Assembly (NCBI GenBank): GCA_963825055.1
Contig: CAWGSK010000023.1
Coordinates: 1-41,412 of the forward strand
Source of the DNA: an uncultured Gemmatimonadales bacterium
GTDB taxonomy: Bacteria; Gemmatimonadota; Gemmatimonadetes; Gemmatimonadales; GWC2-71-9
DNA length: 41,412 bases
Direction: 5' to 3'
Part shown: one piece after another, positions 22,871-32,940 of the stretch
Layout: every line of letters starts with the position of its first letter
Numbering within the stretch: position 1 is the stretch's first letter
Position numbers and translations under genes: made by a program
Notes under the pieces: generated by a model
Database searches by the model: none
What the model was told of the DNA's origin: nothing
Seen by the model: the letters and a program-made list of their open reading frames with translations, nothing else

Positions 22871-25528
22871 ATGGTGACCGACGCCATTGCCCGGCTCACG
22901 CAGGCCCTTGCTGACCGCTACCTGATCGAGCGTGAGCTCGGCCAGGGTGGCATGGCCACCGTGTACCTCGCGCAGGATGTGAAGCACGACCGCAAGGTCG
23001 CGCTCAAGGTCCTGCGCCCCGAGCTCGCGGCGGTGATCGGCGGCGACCGGTTCCTCCAGGAAATCAAGACCACGGCCAACCTGCAGCACCCGCATATCCT
23101 GCCGCTGCACGACTCGGGCGAGGCGGGAGGCGCGGTCTATTACGTCATGCCGTACGTGGAGGGGGAGTCCCTCCGCGACCGCATCGACCGCGACAAGCAG
23201 CTGCCGGTGGATGAGGCGGTGCGCATTGCACGGGAGGTGGCGGATGCGCTCGACTATGCGCACCGTCACGGCGTGATCCATCGCGACATCAAGCCGGACA
23301 ACATTCTCCTGCACGACGGGCATGTTCTCGTCGCCGACTTCGGCATCGCGCTGGCGGCCAGCCGCTCCGAGGGCGGCACCCGGATGACCGAGACGGGCAT
23401 GAGCCTCGGGACCCCGCACTACATGAGCCCCGAGCAGGCGATGGGGGAGCGGGAGATCCGGGCCTCCAGTGACGTGTACGCGCTGGCCTGCGTGCTGTAC
23501 GAGATGCTGATGGGGGAGCCCCCGTTCACCGGGCCGACGGCACAGGCGATCGTCGCCAAGGTGATGACGGACCATCCGCATCCCATGAGCGTCCATCGCA
23601 GGAGCATCCCGGCGCATGTGGAGAATGCGGTGATGGTGGGGCTGGAGAAGCTCCCCGCCGACCGGTTCGCCTCTGCCGCGGAGTTCGCGGCTGCCCTGGG
23701 CGGCGCCACGACGACCCGGATGGCTGCCGCCGGGATGCCGGCCACCCGGCGGGGGCCCTGGCGCCCGCTGGCCATCGGTGCGCTGCTGGTGGCCGCCGGC
23801 GCACTCACGGTCGCCACGTGGGCCTGGCGCCGCGCGCCGGCAGACGAGCCGGGGGTCATGCGGGTGTCGCTGACGTTTCCGCCGGGCGAGCGGATCCGAT
23901 CCACTTCCACCCGTCGCTTTGCCCTGGCCCCGGATGGTTCCCGGATCGTCTACGTCGGCCAGGACTCGGCGGGCACCCAACTCTGGGTGCGGGAGATGAA
24001 CTCGCTCACCGCACGGCCCCTCCCCGGCACCAATGGGGCGGATGCGCCCTTCTTCTCGCGGGACGGCCAGTCGGTGGGCTTCTTCACCGGCAACCCGGGA
24101 GACCTGCGCATCGTCCCGGTCGCGGGCGGGGTCTCCCGTACCGTGGTCCGCGACTCCGCGGCGCCCTGGGGTGGCGACTGGGCGGATGACGGCATGATCT
24201 ACTTCGTCGGCCCCGACGCCCGCGTGGCGCGCGTTCCGGCCGGCGGCGGAGCCGTCGAGCATCTTGGCGCCCCGGACACCACCCAGGGGTCGGTGGAGTA
24301 CGACTGGCCACAGTATCTGCCGGGCGGGAAACGACTGCTGATCCAGATCTGGCACACGTCGGTTGGTGATGCCGAACTCGGCGTACTCGACCTGGCGACG
24401 GGCGAGGTGGCGCCGCTGTTTCAGGCGGCGTATGGCCGTTACCTCCCGAACGGATATCTCGTGTACACGACGGTGAGCGGTACACTGATGGCGGTGCCGT
24501 TCGATGGAGCGAAGGCGAAGGTGGTGGGGGCGCCCAGGGCCATCGCCGACCTGGTCCAGGTGGATCCGTTCAGCGGGTCGGGCCAGTTCGCCGTCTCGGA
24601 CAACGGCGTACTGGCCTACATGGCCGGTGGTGGTCCCGGCAGCCAGCAGGTCGTGTGGGTCGATCGCGCCGGGACTCAAATACCGGTGGATACGTCATGG
24701 GTGGGACAGTTCGGCACCCTGGCGCTCTCGCCCGATGGCCGCCAGCTGGCCATCACCCAGATCTCCGCTGAGGGCGAACAGGTCTGGGTCAAGCAACTGC
24801 CACGGGGGCCGCTGTCCCGCCTGACGTACGGTGGTGCGGCCAATGTGCGACCCGTGTGGACCCGGGACGGCCGGCGCATCGCCTTCGTCTCCAGCCGGAG
24901 GGGCAACCTCCGGCAGACCTACATTCAGCGGGCGGACGGCAGCGCGGATGCCGATTCCCTCATGGCTGATCCTCGACAGGTTGACCAGGTGGCCTTCACG
25001 CCCGACGGGCAGGGCTTCCTCTACCGGACCGGAAGCAGCGGCACCAACTCGCGGGACATCCACGCCGCCCGGCTCGGCGGCGGTGAGTCGCGCACGATGG
25101 TGGCCGGACCCGCTGACGAGTTTGGCCCCGTGATCTCCCCCAGCGGCCGCTGGTTCGCCTACGTGTCCAATCAGGCCGGGCGGGATGAAGTGTTCGTCCG
25201 GAGCTTCGCCGATCCGGCCGCCGGCCGTACGCAGGTTTCGGTAGATGGCGGCAACGAGCCGCTGTGGGCGCACAACGGACGCGAACTGTTTTTCCGCTCC
25301 CGCCGCGGGGAGATGATGTCCGTGGACGTCACGACAGGCGACACGTTCACCGCCGGGCAGCCCCGCGTCCTCTTCGAAGCGACCAACATGGCCACCGACC
25401 CCTACCACCACGCCTATGACGTGAGCGCCGATGACCGGCGCTTCCTCATGGTGAATCGCGCCATCAATGACGTGGCCGAGCTGGTGGTCGTCGTCAACTG
25501 GTTCAAGGAACTGGAACGACGGCGGTAG
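22871..25528 (+). CDS. Receptor-type Ser/Thr kinase K1 (kinase-TM-TolB/PD40-like beta-propeller)
   Basis: [55 protein letters not shown]; repeated SPDG/SRDG PD40-like blades. Confidence 0.92.
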   Translation: MVTDAIARLTQALADRYLIERELGQGGMATVYLAQDVKHDRKVALKVLRPELAAVIGGDRFLQEIKTTANLQHPHILPLHDSGEAGGAVYYVMPYVEGESLRDRIDRDKQLPVDEAVRIAREVADALDYAHRHGVIHRDIKPDNILLHDGHVLVADFGIALAASRSEGGTRMTETGMSLGTPHYMSPEQAMGEREIRASSDVYALACVLYEMLMGEPPFTGPTAQAIVAKVMTDHPHPMSVHRRSIPAHVENAVMVGLEKLPADRFASAAEFAAALGGATTTRMAAAGMPATRRGPWRPLAIGALLVAAGALTVATWAWRRAPADEPGVMRVSLTFPPGERIRSTSTRRFALAPDGSRIVYVGQDSAGTQLWVREMNSLTARPLPGTNGADAPFFSRDGQSVGFFTGNPGDLRIVPVAGGVSRTVVRDSAAPWGGDWADDGMIYFVGPDARVARVPAGGGAVEHLGAPDTTQGSVEYDWPQYLPGGKRLLIQIWHTSVGDAELGVLDLATGEVAPLFQAAYGRYLPNGYLVYTTVSGTLMAVPFDGAKAKVVGAPRAIADLVQVDPFSGSGQFAVSDNGVLAYMAGGGPGSQQVVWVDRAGTQIPVDTSWVGQFGTLALSPDGRQLAITQISAEGEQVWVKQLPRGPLSRLTYGGAANVRPVWTRDGRRIAFVSSRRGNLRQTYIQRADGSADADSLMADPRQVDQVAFTPDGQGFLYRTGSSGTNSRDIHAARLGGGESRTMVAGPADEFGPVISPSGRWFAYVSNQAGRDEVFVRSFADPAAGRTQVSVDGGNEPLWAHNGRELFFRSRRGEMMSVDVTTGDTFTAGQPRVLFEATNMATDPYHHAYDVSADDRRFLMVNRAINDVAELVVVVNWFKELERRR

Positions 25529-25592
25529 CGTCGGCCTGCCTGCAGCACAGCCGTCCACCCCTGGGCGGCTGACTGGAAACCGGGAGGTAGCA

Positions 25593-27578
25593 TTGTTCAA
25601 CCCGTTGAGGACACTGACCGCCGTCGGCCTGCTCGTGGCCGTCGCCGCGCCGTTGATGGCGCAGGGACTCTACACCTCCGAGCAGGCGGCCCGCGGTCGG
25701 CAGATCTACACGACCTACTGCGTCACCTGCCACGGTGCCGACCTCGAAGGGGGCGTCGCACCGGCGCTTGGCGGCGCGACCTTCCTGCACAAGTGGGGCG
25801 GGGAGAACCGGAGCATCGACGACCTCTACTACGTGCTGCGGACGAACATGCCGCGGCCCGCTGCCGGCTCGCTTACGCCCAAGGCCTACGCGTCGGTCTT
25901 CGCGTACATCCTGGAGCGGAACGGGGTCCAGGCCGGAACCCGCGAGTTCGACGGCTCGCAAGACATGCTGAAGGCCGTCCCGTTCTCCGCCCTGGCGCTC
26001 GCGGCGGGCCCGGCGCCGTCGGTAGCGCCGATGTCCATCGAGGGCGTGCGGCGGAAGCCGCTGGGCAAGGGGCCGGCGCAGTCGGAACTTCTGGCCCCGG
26101 ACGCGGCCGACTGGCTCTACCACACCGGGAACTACGCGGGAACGCGGTATTCCCCGCTGGACCAGATCACCACCGCCAACGTGGGCAGCCTCAAGGTCTC
26201 ATGCGCGCTGCAGGTCGGACCGGTGGAAACGTTTTACAGCGGGCCGATCGTGCACCACGGCATCATGTATCTCACGACCGCCAATACGACGGTGGCGGTG
26301 GATGCCGCGACCTGCCGGGAGCGGTGGCGCTACGAATGGAAGCCGCAGGACGAGATGCTGTGGCCCAACAACCGCGGCGTGGCCGTCAAGGACGGGTACG
26401 TCGTCCGGGGCACGGCCGACGGCTACCTCGTGGCGCTGGACGCCGAGGACGGGGCGCTCCTGTGGGCCCGGCACGTCGCCAGTCCCGGCGAGGGCGAGAC
26501 GATCACCATGCCGCCCATGATCTTCGAAGACCTCGTCCTGATCGGGCCGGCCGGCAGCGAGAACAACATTCAGGGGTGGATCGGCGCCTTCAAGCTGTCA
26601 AGCGGGGAGCCCGTATGGCGCTTCAATACTGTCCCCCGCCCCGGGGAGCCGGGGCGCGAGACCTGGCCCACTACGCCGGGCGTACCCAACGGAGGCGGGG
26701 CCGTCTGGACGCCGCTCTCCCTCGATGCCGCGCGGGGGGAGCTGTATGTCGCCGTGACGAACCCCGCGCCCGACCTGCCGGCGCACCTCCGGCCCGGCGC
26801 CAACCTTTATACCAACGCCGCTGTTGCGCTCGACGTCCGGACGGGCAAGCTCCGCTGGTACGACCAGCTCGTGCCGAGCGACTTCCATGACTGGGACCTG
26901 ACCCAGGTGAGTCCCCTGATCCGGGCCCGTGTGGCTGGAAAGGACCGCGACCTGTTGATCACCTCGGGCAAGGACGGGCTCCTGCACGCGATCGACCGCC
27001 GGACCCGTGAACGGCTCTACCAGGCCGAAGTGACGACCAGACGCAATGTGGATGCGCCGCTCTCGAAGGATCCGGTCGAGGCCTGCCCGGGCCTCCTCGG
27101 TGGCGTCGAGTGGAACGGGCCGGCGTATGATCCCGGGGCCGGACTTCTCATTGTGCCCGCCGTGGACTGGTGCTTCCGCATGGCCCTGATGGATACGGTC
27201 CGCCATGTGCCCGGCGAGATGTACCTGGGCGGCACGTTCGAAGGGGCAGAGCAGAAGCAGGGGTGGCTGACCGCTGTGGATGCCAGGGACGGGAGCATCC
27301 GCTGGCGCTACCGCTCGGAACTCCCCATGACGGCGGCAGTCACCACTACCGCCGGCGGGGTCGCCTTCACCGGCGAGCAGACCGGCGACTTCCTCGCGTT
27401 CGAGTCCGCCACCGGCCGGGAACTGTACCGGTTCCATACTGGCGCCGGGATCTTCGGCGGTGTAGTCACCTACGCGGTGGGGGCCCGCCAGTACGTCGCG
27501 ACCACCTCGGGCGGGGGATCGCTCACCATGGGCGGGGGTGGCGCGCCCATACTGTTCGTGTTCGAACTGCCCCGATGA
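25593..27578 (+). CDS. Periplasmic PQQ-dependent dehydrogenase with N-terminal cytochrome c domain
   Basis: GGAGG RBS before TTG 25593; signal peptide; CVTCH heme motif; RYSPLDQIT, NRG, GGGAVW, NPAP, ALDVRTGKLRW, CPG..GGVEW and ..TGRELY PQQ-propeller motifs. Confidence 0.9.
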   Translation: MFNPLRTLTAVGLLVAVAAPLMAQGLYTSEQAARGRQIYTTYCVTCHGADLEGGVAPALGGATFLHKWGGENRSIDDLYYVLRTNMPRPAAGSLTPKAYASVFAYILERNGVQAGTREFDGSQDMLKAVPFSALALAAGPAPSVAPMSIEGVRRKPLGKGPAQSELLAPDAADWLYHTGNYAGTRYSPLDQITTANVGSLKVSCALQVGPVETFYSGPIVHHGIMYLTTANTTVAVDAATCRERWRYEWKPQDEMLWPNNRGVAVKDGYVVRGTADGYLVALDAEDGALLWARHVASPGEGETITMPPMIFEDLVLIGPAGSENNIQGWIGAFKLSSGEPVWRFNTVPRPGEPGRETWPTTPGVPNGGGAVWTPLSLDAARGELYVAVTNPAPDLPAHLRPGANLYTNAAVALDVRTGKLRWYDQLVPSDFHDWDLTQVSPLIRARVAGKDRDLLITSGKDGLLHAIDRRTRERLYQAEVTTRRNVDAPLSKDPVEACPGLLGGVEWNGPAYDPGAGLLIVPAVDWCFRMALMDTVRHVPGEMYLGGTFEGAEQKQGWLTAVDARDGSIRWRYRSELPMTAAVTTTAGGVAFTGEQTGDFLAFESATGRELYRFHTGAGIFGGVVTYAVGARQYVATTSGGGSLTMGGGGAPILFVFELPR

Positions 27579-30238
27579 CCACGGACGGCCGAAGCCTGGG
27601 CGCGGCGCTGTCGGACCGGTACGCGATCGAGCGGGAGCTCGGGGCGGGGGGCATGGCCACGGTGTACCTCGCCCAGGACCTGAAGCATGACCGCCGCGTG
27701 GCGGTGAAGGTGCTGCGGCCGGAACTGGCGGCGGTGATCGGGGCGGAGCGATTCCTGAGTGAGATCAAGACGACGGCGAACCTGCAGCACCCGCACATCC
27801 TGCCGCTGCACGACTCGGGGGAGGCGGACGGGTTCCTGTTCTACGTGATGCCGTACGTGGAGGGCGAATCACTCCGGGACCGGCTGAGCCGGGAGAAGCA
27901 GCTGCCGGTGGACGAGTCCATCCGGCTGGCGACGGAGGTGGCGGCGGCGCTGGACTATGCGCACCGGCACGGGGTGATCCACCGGGACATCAAGCCGGAG
28001 AACATCCTGCTGCACGATGGCAGCGCGCTGGTGGCGGACTTCGGGATCGCGCTGGCGATGAGCTCGGCGGGCGGGACGCGGATGACGGAGACAGGGATGA
28101 GTCTCGGGACGCCGCACTACATGAGTCCCGAGCAGGCGATGGGGGAGCGGGAGATCACGGCGCGGAGCGACGTGTACGCGCTGGGGGCGGTGACGTACGA
28201 GATGCTGACCGGGGACCCACCGTTCACCGGGAGCACGGCGCAGGCGATCGTGGCGCGGGTGGTGACGGAGAGCCCGCGGTCGATGACGACGCAGCGGCAC
28301 ACGATCCCGCCGCACGTGGAGGCGGCGGTCTTCCAGGCGCTGGAGAAGCTGCCGGCCGACCGGTTTGCCAGCGCGGCGGAGTTTGCCTCAGCACTGGCCA
28401 ACCCGGCGTTAGCGCCGGCGACCACGCGGGCGAGGCCGGCGGCGGTGTCGGGAAGCCGCTGGTCACCGCTCGTGGTGGGCGGCTGGGCCCTGGCCGCCGG
28501 GGCCATCGGCGTGGCGCTCTGGGGCTGGCTCCGTCCCGCGCCCGAACTCCCGGTCCTGCGCTACGAGATGTCGCTGCCTGCCGGCGAGGAAATCGCGGAG
28601 AATGCGCGCGGCAACCACTTTGCGATTTCCCCCGATGGTTCGCGCCTCGTGTACGTCGGTCCCGGGCAGGATGGCCCCCAGCTCTGGATGCGCTCGCGCC
28701 GGCAGCTGCACGCGACTCCGATCTCCGGGACGGATCGCGCCACCATCCCGTTCTTTTCCCCGGACGGATCCCGCGTCGGTTTCGTTCTTGATGGAAACAC
28801 GGAGCTCAAGACCGTGGGGTTCACCGGGGCCCCCCCGATCGTAGCGGTGGATTCCGGCCTTGGCGCCGACGGCGCCACCTGGAGCGCCGACGGATACATC
28901 TACTATGACGGGCTGACGGGTGGAGGCACGACAGGGGTCATGCGGGTCCGCGCCGCCGGTGGCCGCCCGGAGATGGTGACGACGGTGGATACGGCGGGCG
29001 GGGAGATCGACCACTACTGGCCCCAGGCGCTCCCGGACGGGCGCGGTGTGCTCTTCACGATTCAGAAACGTGATACGCGCCAGGCCAGCGACGTCGCAGT
29101 ATTCGATTCCCGGAGTGGCACGTATCACGTCCTGGTCCAGGCTCTCACGGCTCGATATTCGCCAACGGGGCACCTGGTGTATGTGACGGCGGCGGGCGAC
29201 CTGATGGCCGTGCCGTTCGACCTCAAGCATCTCGAGGTCAGCGGGGAACCGTTTGCCCTCGCCAGCGGTGTGGGCGCCCGGCCGTTCGGCGCGGTGGACC
29301 TGGCGCTCTCGGAGAGCGGAACGCTGGTGTACGGGGCGGGAGCCCCGCAGATCGCGCCGGCCGAGGTGGTGTTCGTGAGCCTCGACGGCACCGTTGCACG
29401 GATCGATTCCGGGCTCACGGGGGACTTCCGGACCCTGGCGATTTCGCCAGATGGCCGGCAACTGGCGCTGAGCCGGGTGGATGGGACCGAGCAGCAGATC
29501 TGGGTGAAGCAGCTGCCGGATGGCCCGATCAGCAAGCTCACCTTCGAGGGCACCCTGAACCAGCGGCCTTTCTGGTCGCCCGACGGACAGTACGTGGGGT
29601 ACGTCTCGAACCAGGAGCAGGTGCCGCGGATCTATCGCAAGCGCGCCGACGGCAGTTCGACGGACGAACTGATCGTGCGGACACCGGACCGCCCGGTGCT
29701 TCGGGCCTCCTGGAGCCATGACGGGCGCTGGCTGCTCTATCGGACCAGCCCGAACGACATCTTTGCCCGCGGGCCCGCCCCGGACACGACGACCCTGCCT
29801 CTGCTGGCCACCGACTTCAACGAGATCATGCCCGCGCTCTCGCCCGACGGGCGGTGGCTGGCCTACGGCTCCAACGAGTCCGGGCGGCTGGAGATTTTCG
29901 TCCGACCCTTCCCCGATGTCGCCTCCGCCAAGTGGCAGGTGTCCACAGGGGGTGGATTCTTCCCCCTCTGGTCACCCGACGGCCGCGAGCTGATTTATGG
30001 CGGATTCGACAACATGGTGCGGTCGGTCGAGGTGCTTCCCGGCCGGACGTTCATCACCGGCCGGCGGCAGACGCTCTTCAATGCCGGCGGGTTCGTCCGG
30101 GACCTCGGGTCCTGGGATATTACGCCGGATGGCCGGCGGATGGTCATGATTCGCCAGGGTGTCGGTGGGGAGGGCGCGGGCGTCCTCGTGGTGGTGGAGA
30201 ATTTCACGGCCGAGCTCCTCGCGGGTCGCTCGCCGTGA
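27575..30238 (+). CDS. Receptor-type Ser/Thr kinase K2 (kinase-TM-beta-propeller)
   Basis: ATG overlaps the PQQ gene stop. Full Hanks motifs, TM LVVGGWALAAGAIGVALWGWL, PD40-like repeats. Confidence 0.92.
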   Translation: MTTDGRSLGAALSDRYAIERELGAGGMATVYLAQDLKHDRRVAVKVLRPELAAVIGAERFLSEIKTTANLQHPHILPLHDSGEADGFLFYVMPYVEGESLRDRLSREKQLPVDESIRLATEVAAALDYAHRHGVIHRDIKPENILLHDGSALVADFGIALAMSSAGGTRMTETGMSLGTPHYMSPEQAMGEREITARSDVYALGAVTYEMLTGDPPFTGSTAQAIVARVVTESPRSMTTQRHTIPPHVEAAVFQALEKLPADRFASAAEFASALANPALAPATTRARPAAVSGSRWSPLVVGGWALAAGAIGVALWGWLRPAPELPVLRYEMSLPAGEEIAENARGNHFAISPDGSRLVYVGPGQDGPQLWMRSRRQLHATPISGTDRATIPFFSPDGSRVGFVLDGNTELKTVGFTGAPPIVAVDSGLGADGATWSADGYIYYDGLTGGGTTGVMRVRAAGGRPEMVTTVDTAGGEIDHYWPQALPDGRGVLFTIQKRDTRQASDVAVFDSRSGTYHVLVQALTARYSPTGHLVYVTAAGDLMAVPFDLKHLEVSGEPFALASGVGARPFGAVDLALSESGTLVYGAGAPQIAPAEVVFVSLDGTVARIDSGLTGDFRTLAISPDGRQLALSRVDGTEQQIWVKQLPDGPISKLTFEGTLNQRPFWSPDGQYVGYVSNQEQVPRIYRKRADGSSTDELIVRTPDRPVLRASWSHDGRWLLYRTSPNDIFARGPAPDTTTLPLLATDFNEIMPALSPDGRWLAYGSNESGRLEIFVRPFPDVASAKWQVSTGGGFFPLWSPDGRELIYGGFDNMVRSVEVLPGRTFITGRRQTLFNAGGFVRDLGSWDITPDGRRMVMIRQGVGGEGAGVLVVVENFTAELLAGRSP
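28019..28401 (+). repeat. Direct repeat copy 1 (kinase C-lobe), 382/383 nt identical to 34691-35073
   Basis: Manual alignment shows a single mismatch (G28186 vs A34858). Confidence 0.85.
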
Positions 30239-32940
30239 GCGACCTGTTCCCGCCCGGTGGCGCCCCCGACCGCCTCGGCGCAGCCCTGGCCGGACGCTAC
30301 GCGTTCGAGCGGGAGCTGGGGCAGGGGGGGATGGCCACGGTCTACCTCGCCCAGGACCTGCGGCACGACCGGCGGGTAGCGGTGAAGGTGCTGCGGCCGG
30401 AGCTGGCGGCGGTCATCGGCGCCGAGCGCTTCCTCACCGAGATCAAGACGACGGCCAACCTGCAGCATCCGCACATCCTCCCGCTGCACGATTCCGGCGA
30501 AACGGACGGCTTCCTCTTCTATGTCATGCCCTACGTGGAGGGCGAGTCGCTCCGGGACCGGCTCGACCGGGAGCACCAGCTGCCCGTGGAGGACGCCGTC
30601 CGGCTGGCGACGGAGGTAGCCGGCGCCCTCGACTACGCGCACCGGCACGGGGTGATCCACCGGGACATCAAGCCGGAGAACATCCTGCTGCATGACGGCA
30701 GCGCGCTGGTGGCGGATTTCGGTATCGCGCTGGCTGTGACGACCGCGGGCAAGACGCGGATGACCGAAACCGGCATGAGCCTTGGCACCCCGCACTACAT
30801 GAGTCCCGAGCAGGCGATGGGGGAGCGGGAGATCACCGGCCGGAGCGACGTGTATGCGCTGGGGGCGGTGACCTACGAGATGCTGACCGGCGACCCGCCG
30901 TTCACGGGGAGCACGGCGCAGGCCATCGTGGCGCGGGTGGTGACCGAGACCCCGCGTGGCATGATGGCCCAGCGTCACACGATTCCGCCCCATGTGGAGG
31001 CGGCGGTGATCCGGGCGCTGGAGAAACTGCCGGCCGACCGCTTTGCCAGTCCGGCCCAGTTCGCGGAAGCGCTGGCGAAACCCGGCCTCATGCCGTCGAC
31101 GGCCGCCGGCATGCCGGGCGCGGCCACAACTCCGGCGGCGCGGGGCGCCAGGGTGTGGCAGGGAGTGGCCGGGATCACGCTGCTCCTGCTGGCCACGGTG
31201 GCCGCCTGGAGCTGGCAGACGCTTCGGCACGCCACCGACACCGGTCCGACGCGGCAGTATATCCTGCTCGGCGACAGCCTCCGACTCATGATGGGCTCCC
31301 CCGCGATGGCCCTGTCGCCCGACGGCAATCTCTTTGCCTTCGTGGACAGCCGGCAGAACGGCCGCATCTGGCTCAAGGCGAGGGACCAGCTGGATGCGAG
31401 GCCCCTGGCCGGCACCGAACGGGCGCGGAACCCCGTGTTCTCCCCCGACGGGCAGTGGGTCCTCTTCGTGGCCGACGGTGCCCTCCGGAAGGTTGCGGTA
31501 TCCGGGGGGAGTCCGGTGACGATCGCCGATACGGCGGCGGGAGGCTACGGTGGCGGGGCCTGGCTCGACGACGGCTCGGTCATCTATACCATCCCCAACC
31601 TCAATGAGTGGCGCGAGGCTCCCGCGTCCGGGGGTGCCGGTCGCGTGGTGTTCCGCACGTCGAGCGACACGACGCTGGTCGGCGGCGGGGTGGGGATGCC
31701 CATCGCCCTTCCCGACTCACGGGGGATTCTCTTCCAGTACTGCGCGTCCGGGTGCGTGACCATGAGTGTGCACGTGCTGGACCTCCGGACCGGAAAGCAG
31801 AAGCTGCTCGTGGGCGACGCGGCGCAGGCCTGGTACCTGCCCGGCGGGCGACTGCTGTACGTCCGAAGCGACGGCGTGGCCATGGTGGCGCCGTTCGACC
31901 TGGATGCGCTGGCCATTACCGGGGAGGCCGTGCCGGTGCTCGAAGGAGTCGAGGCCCGCACCCTCTTCGGCTACGCCCAGCTGGCCTGGTCGCCCGCCGG
32001 CCCACTGGCCTATGTGCGCAGTTCGGCCACCGCAGGTGGCAATACGGTCGTCCGGGTGGCGCGTGACGGAACGGTCATGCCCATCGACACCGGGTGGTAT
32101 GGCAGCTTCAATTCCCTCGCACTGTCACCGGATGGACGCCGGCTCGCCGTGGGTACCGGAGCCGCGGGAAATCTGAACATCTGGATCAAGCAACTGGACC
32201 GCGGGCCATTCGCCCGTCTCACCTTTGGCAACGCCGACCGTCGCCCCGCCTGGTCCCCCGACGGCCGTCGCGTGGCGTTCCTGCGTGACAGTGCGGGGAA
32301 CACGGGCGTCTATACCCGGCCGGTGGACGGCAGCGGGGGAGACCGGTTCGTGGGCCGGCTCGAGCAGCAGGTGCAGGAAGTGGCCTGGACGCGGGACGGG
32401 CGCTGGCTCGTGGTCCGTACCGACAACCTTACTGCGGGCGCCGGCGACGTCTTCGGCATTCCGGCCACCGGCGACTCGACGCCTGTTCCCCTGGTGACGA
32501 GCCGGTTCACCGAAATCGAGCCCACCCCGTCGCCGGACGGCCGGTGGCTGGCCTACACCTCGGATGAGTCAGGCGGCCGGGAGGTCTATGTCCGGCCGTT
32601 TCCGAACACCACGGCCGGCCGCTGGCAGGTCTCCAACGGTGGGGGGAGCCAGCCGCGATGGTCCCCCGACGGGAAAGAACTGTTCTACCGGAGGCCCGAC
32701 GGATGGCTCATAGCGGCGCGGCTGGCGGGTGGTGACGCATTCTTCATCGACGAACTCCAGGGCCTGTTCGACACCTCTCCATACTTTTGGGACAGTTTTC
32801 ACCAGTCGTACGATGTCGGGCCGGACGGACGGTCCTTCGTGTTCATGAGCCTGCGCCGGGACAACGGCGGGCAGAGCGATGTCCACATCGTATGGGTGGA
32901 CCACTGGCTGCAGGACCTGAAGGAACGGCTGGAGCCGTGA
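30235..32940 (+). CDS. Receptor-type Ser/Thr kinase K3 (kinase-TM-beta-propeller)
   Basis: GTG overlaps the K2 stop. Full Hanks motifs, TM VWQGVAGITLLLLATVAAWSW, PD40-like repeats. Confidence 0.92.
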   Translation: MSDLFPPGGAPDRLGAALAGRYAFERELGQGGMATVYLAQDLRHDRRVAVKVLRPELAAVIGAERFLTEIKTTANLQHPHILPLHDSGETDGFLFYVMPYVEGESLRDRLDREHQLPVEDAVRLATEVAGALDYAHRHGVIHRDIKPENILLHDGSALVADFGIALAVTTAGKTRMTETGMSLGTPHYMSPEQAMGEREITGRSDVYALGAVTYEMLTGDPPFTGSTAQAIVARVVTETPRGMMAQRHTIPPHVEAAVIRALEKLPADRFASPAQFAEALAKPGLMPSTAAGMPGAATTPAARGARVWQGVAGITLLLLATVAAWSWQTLRHATDTGPTRQYILLGDSLRLMMGSPAMALSPDGNLFAFVDSRQNGRIWLKARDQLDARPLAGTERARNPVFSPDGQWVLFVADGALRKVAVSGGSPVTIADTAAGGYGGGAWLDDGSVIYTIPNLNEWREAPASGGAGRVVFRTSSDTTLVGGGVGMPIALPDSRGILFQYCASGCVTMSVHVLDLRTGKQKLLVGDAAQAWYLPGGRLLYVRSDGVAMVAPFDLDALAITGEAVPVLEGVEARTLFGYAQLAWSPAGPLAYVRSSATAGGNTVVRVARDGTVMPIDTGWYGSFNSLALSPDGRRLAVGTGAAGNLNIWIKQLDRGPFARLTFGNADRRPAWSPDGRRVAFLRDSAGNTGVYTRPVDGSGGDRFVGRLEQQVQEVAWTRDGRWLVVRTDNLTAGAGDVFGIPATGDSTPVPLVTSRFTEIEPTPSPDGRWLAYTSDESGGREVYVRPFPNTTAGRWQVSNGGGSQPRWSPDGKELFYRRPDGWLIAARLAGGDAFFIDELQGLFDTSPYFWDSFHQSYDVGPDGRSFVFMSLRRDNGGQSDVHIVWVDHWLQDLKERLEP

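Noticed and set aside
21962..24679. 905-aa minus-strand ORF and similar long antisense ORFs over the kinases, ligA and glpK
   Set aside because: Antisense mirror frames of real genes. The same pseudo-peptides recur opposite each kinase copy.
27170..27574. N-terminal extensions of ORF-track calls (K2 from 27170, K3 from 29854, pmbA from 1153, hydrolase from 32787, glpK from 20241, sulfotransferase from 20451)
   Set aside because: They overlap upstream genes or repeats. Internal starts at stop/start overlaps or RBSs match the paralog or family N-termini.
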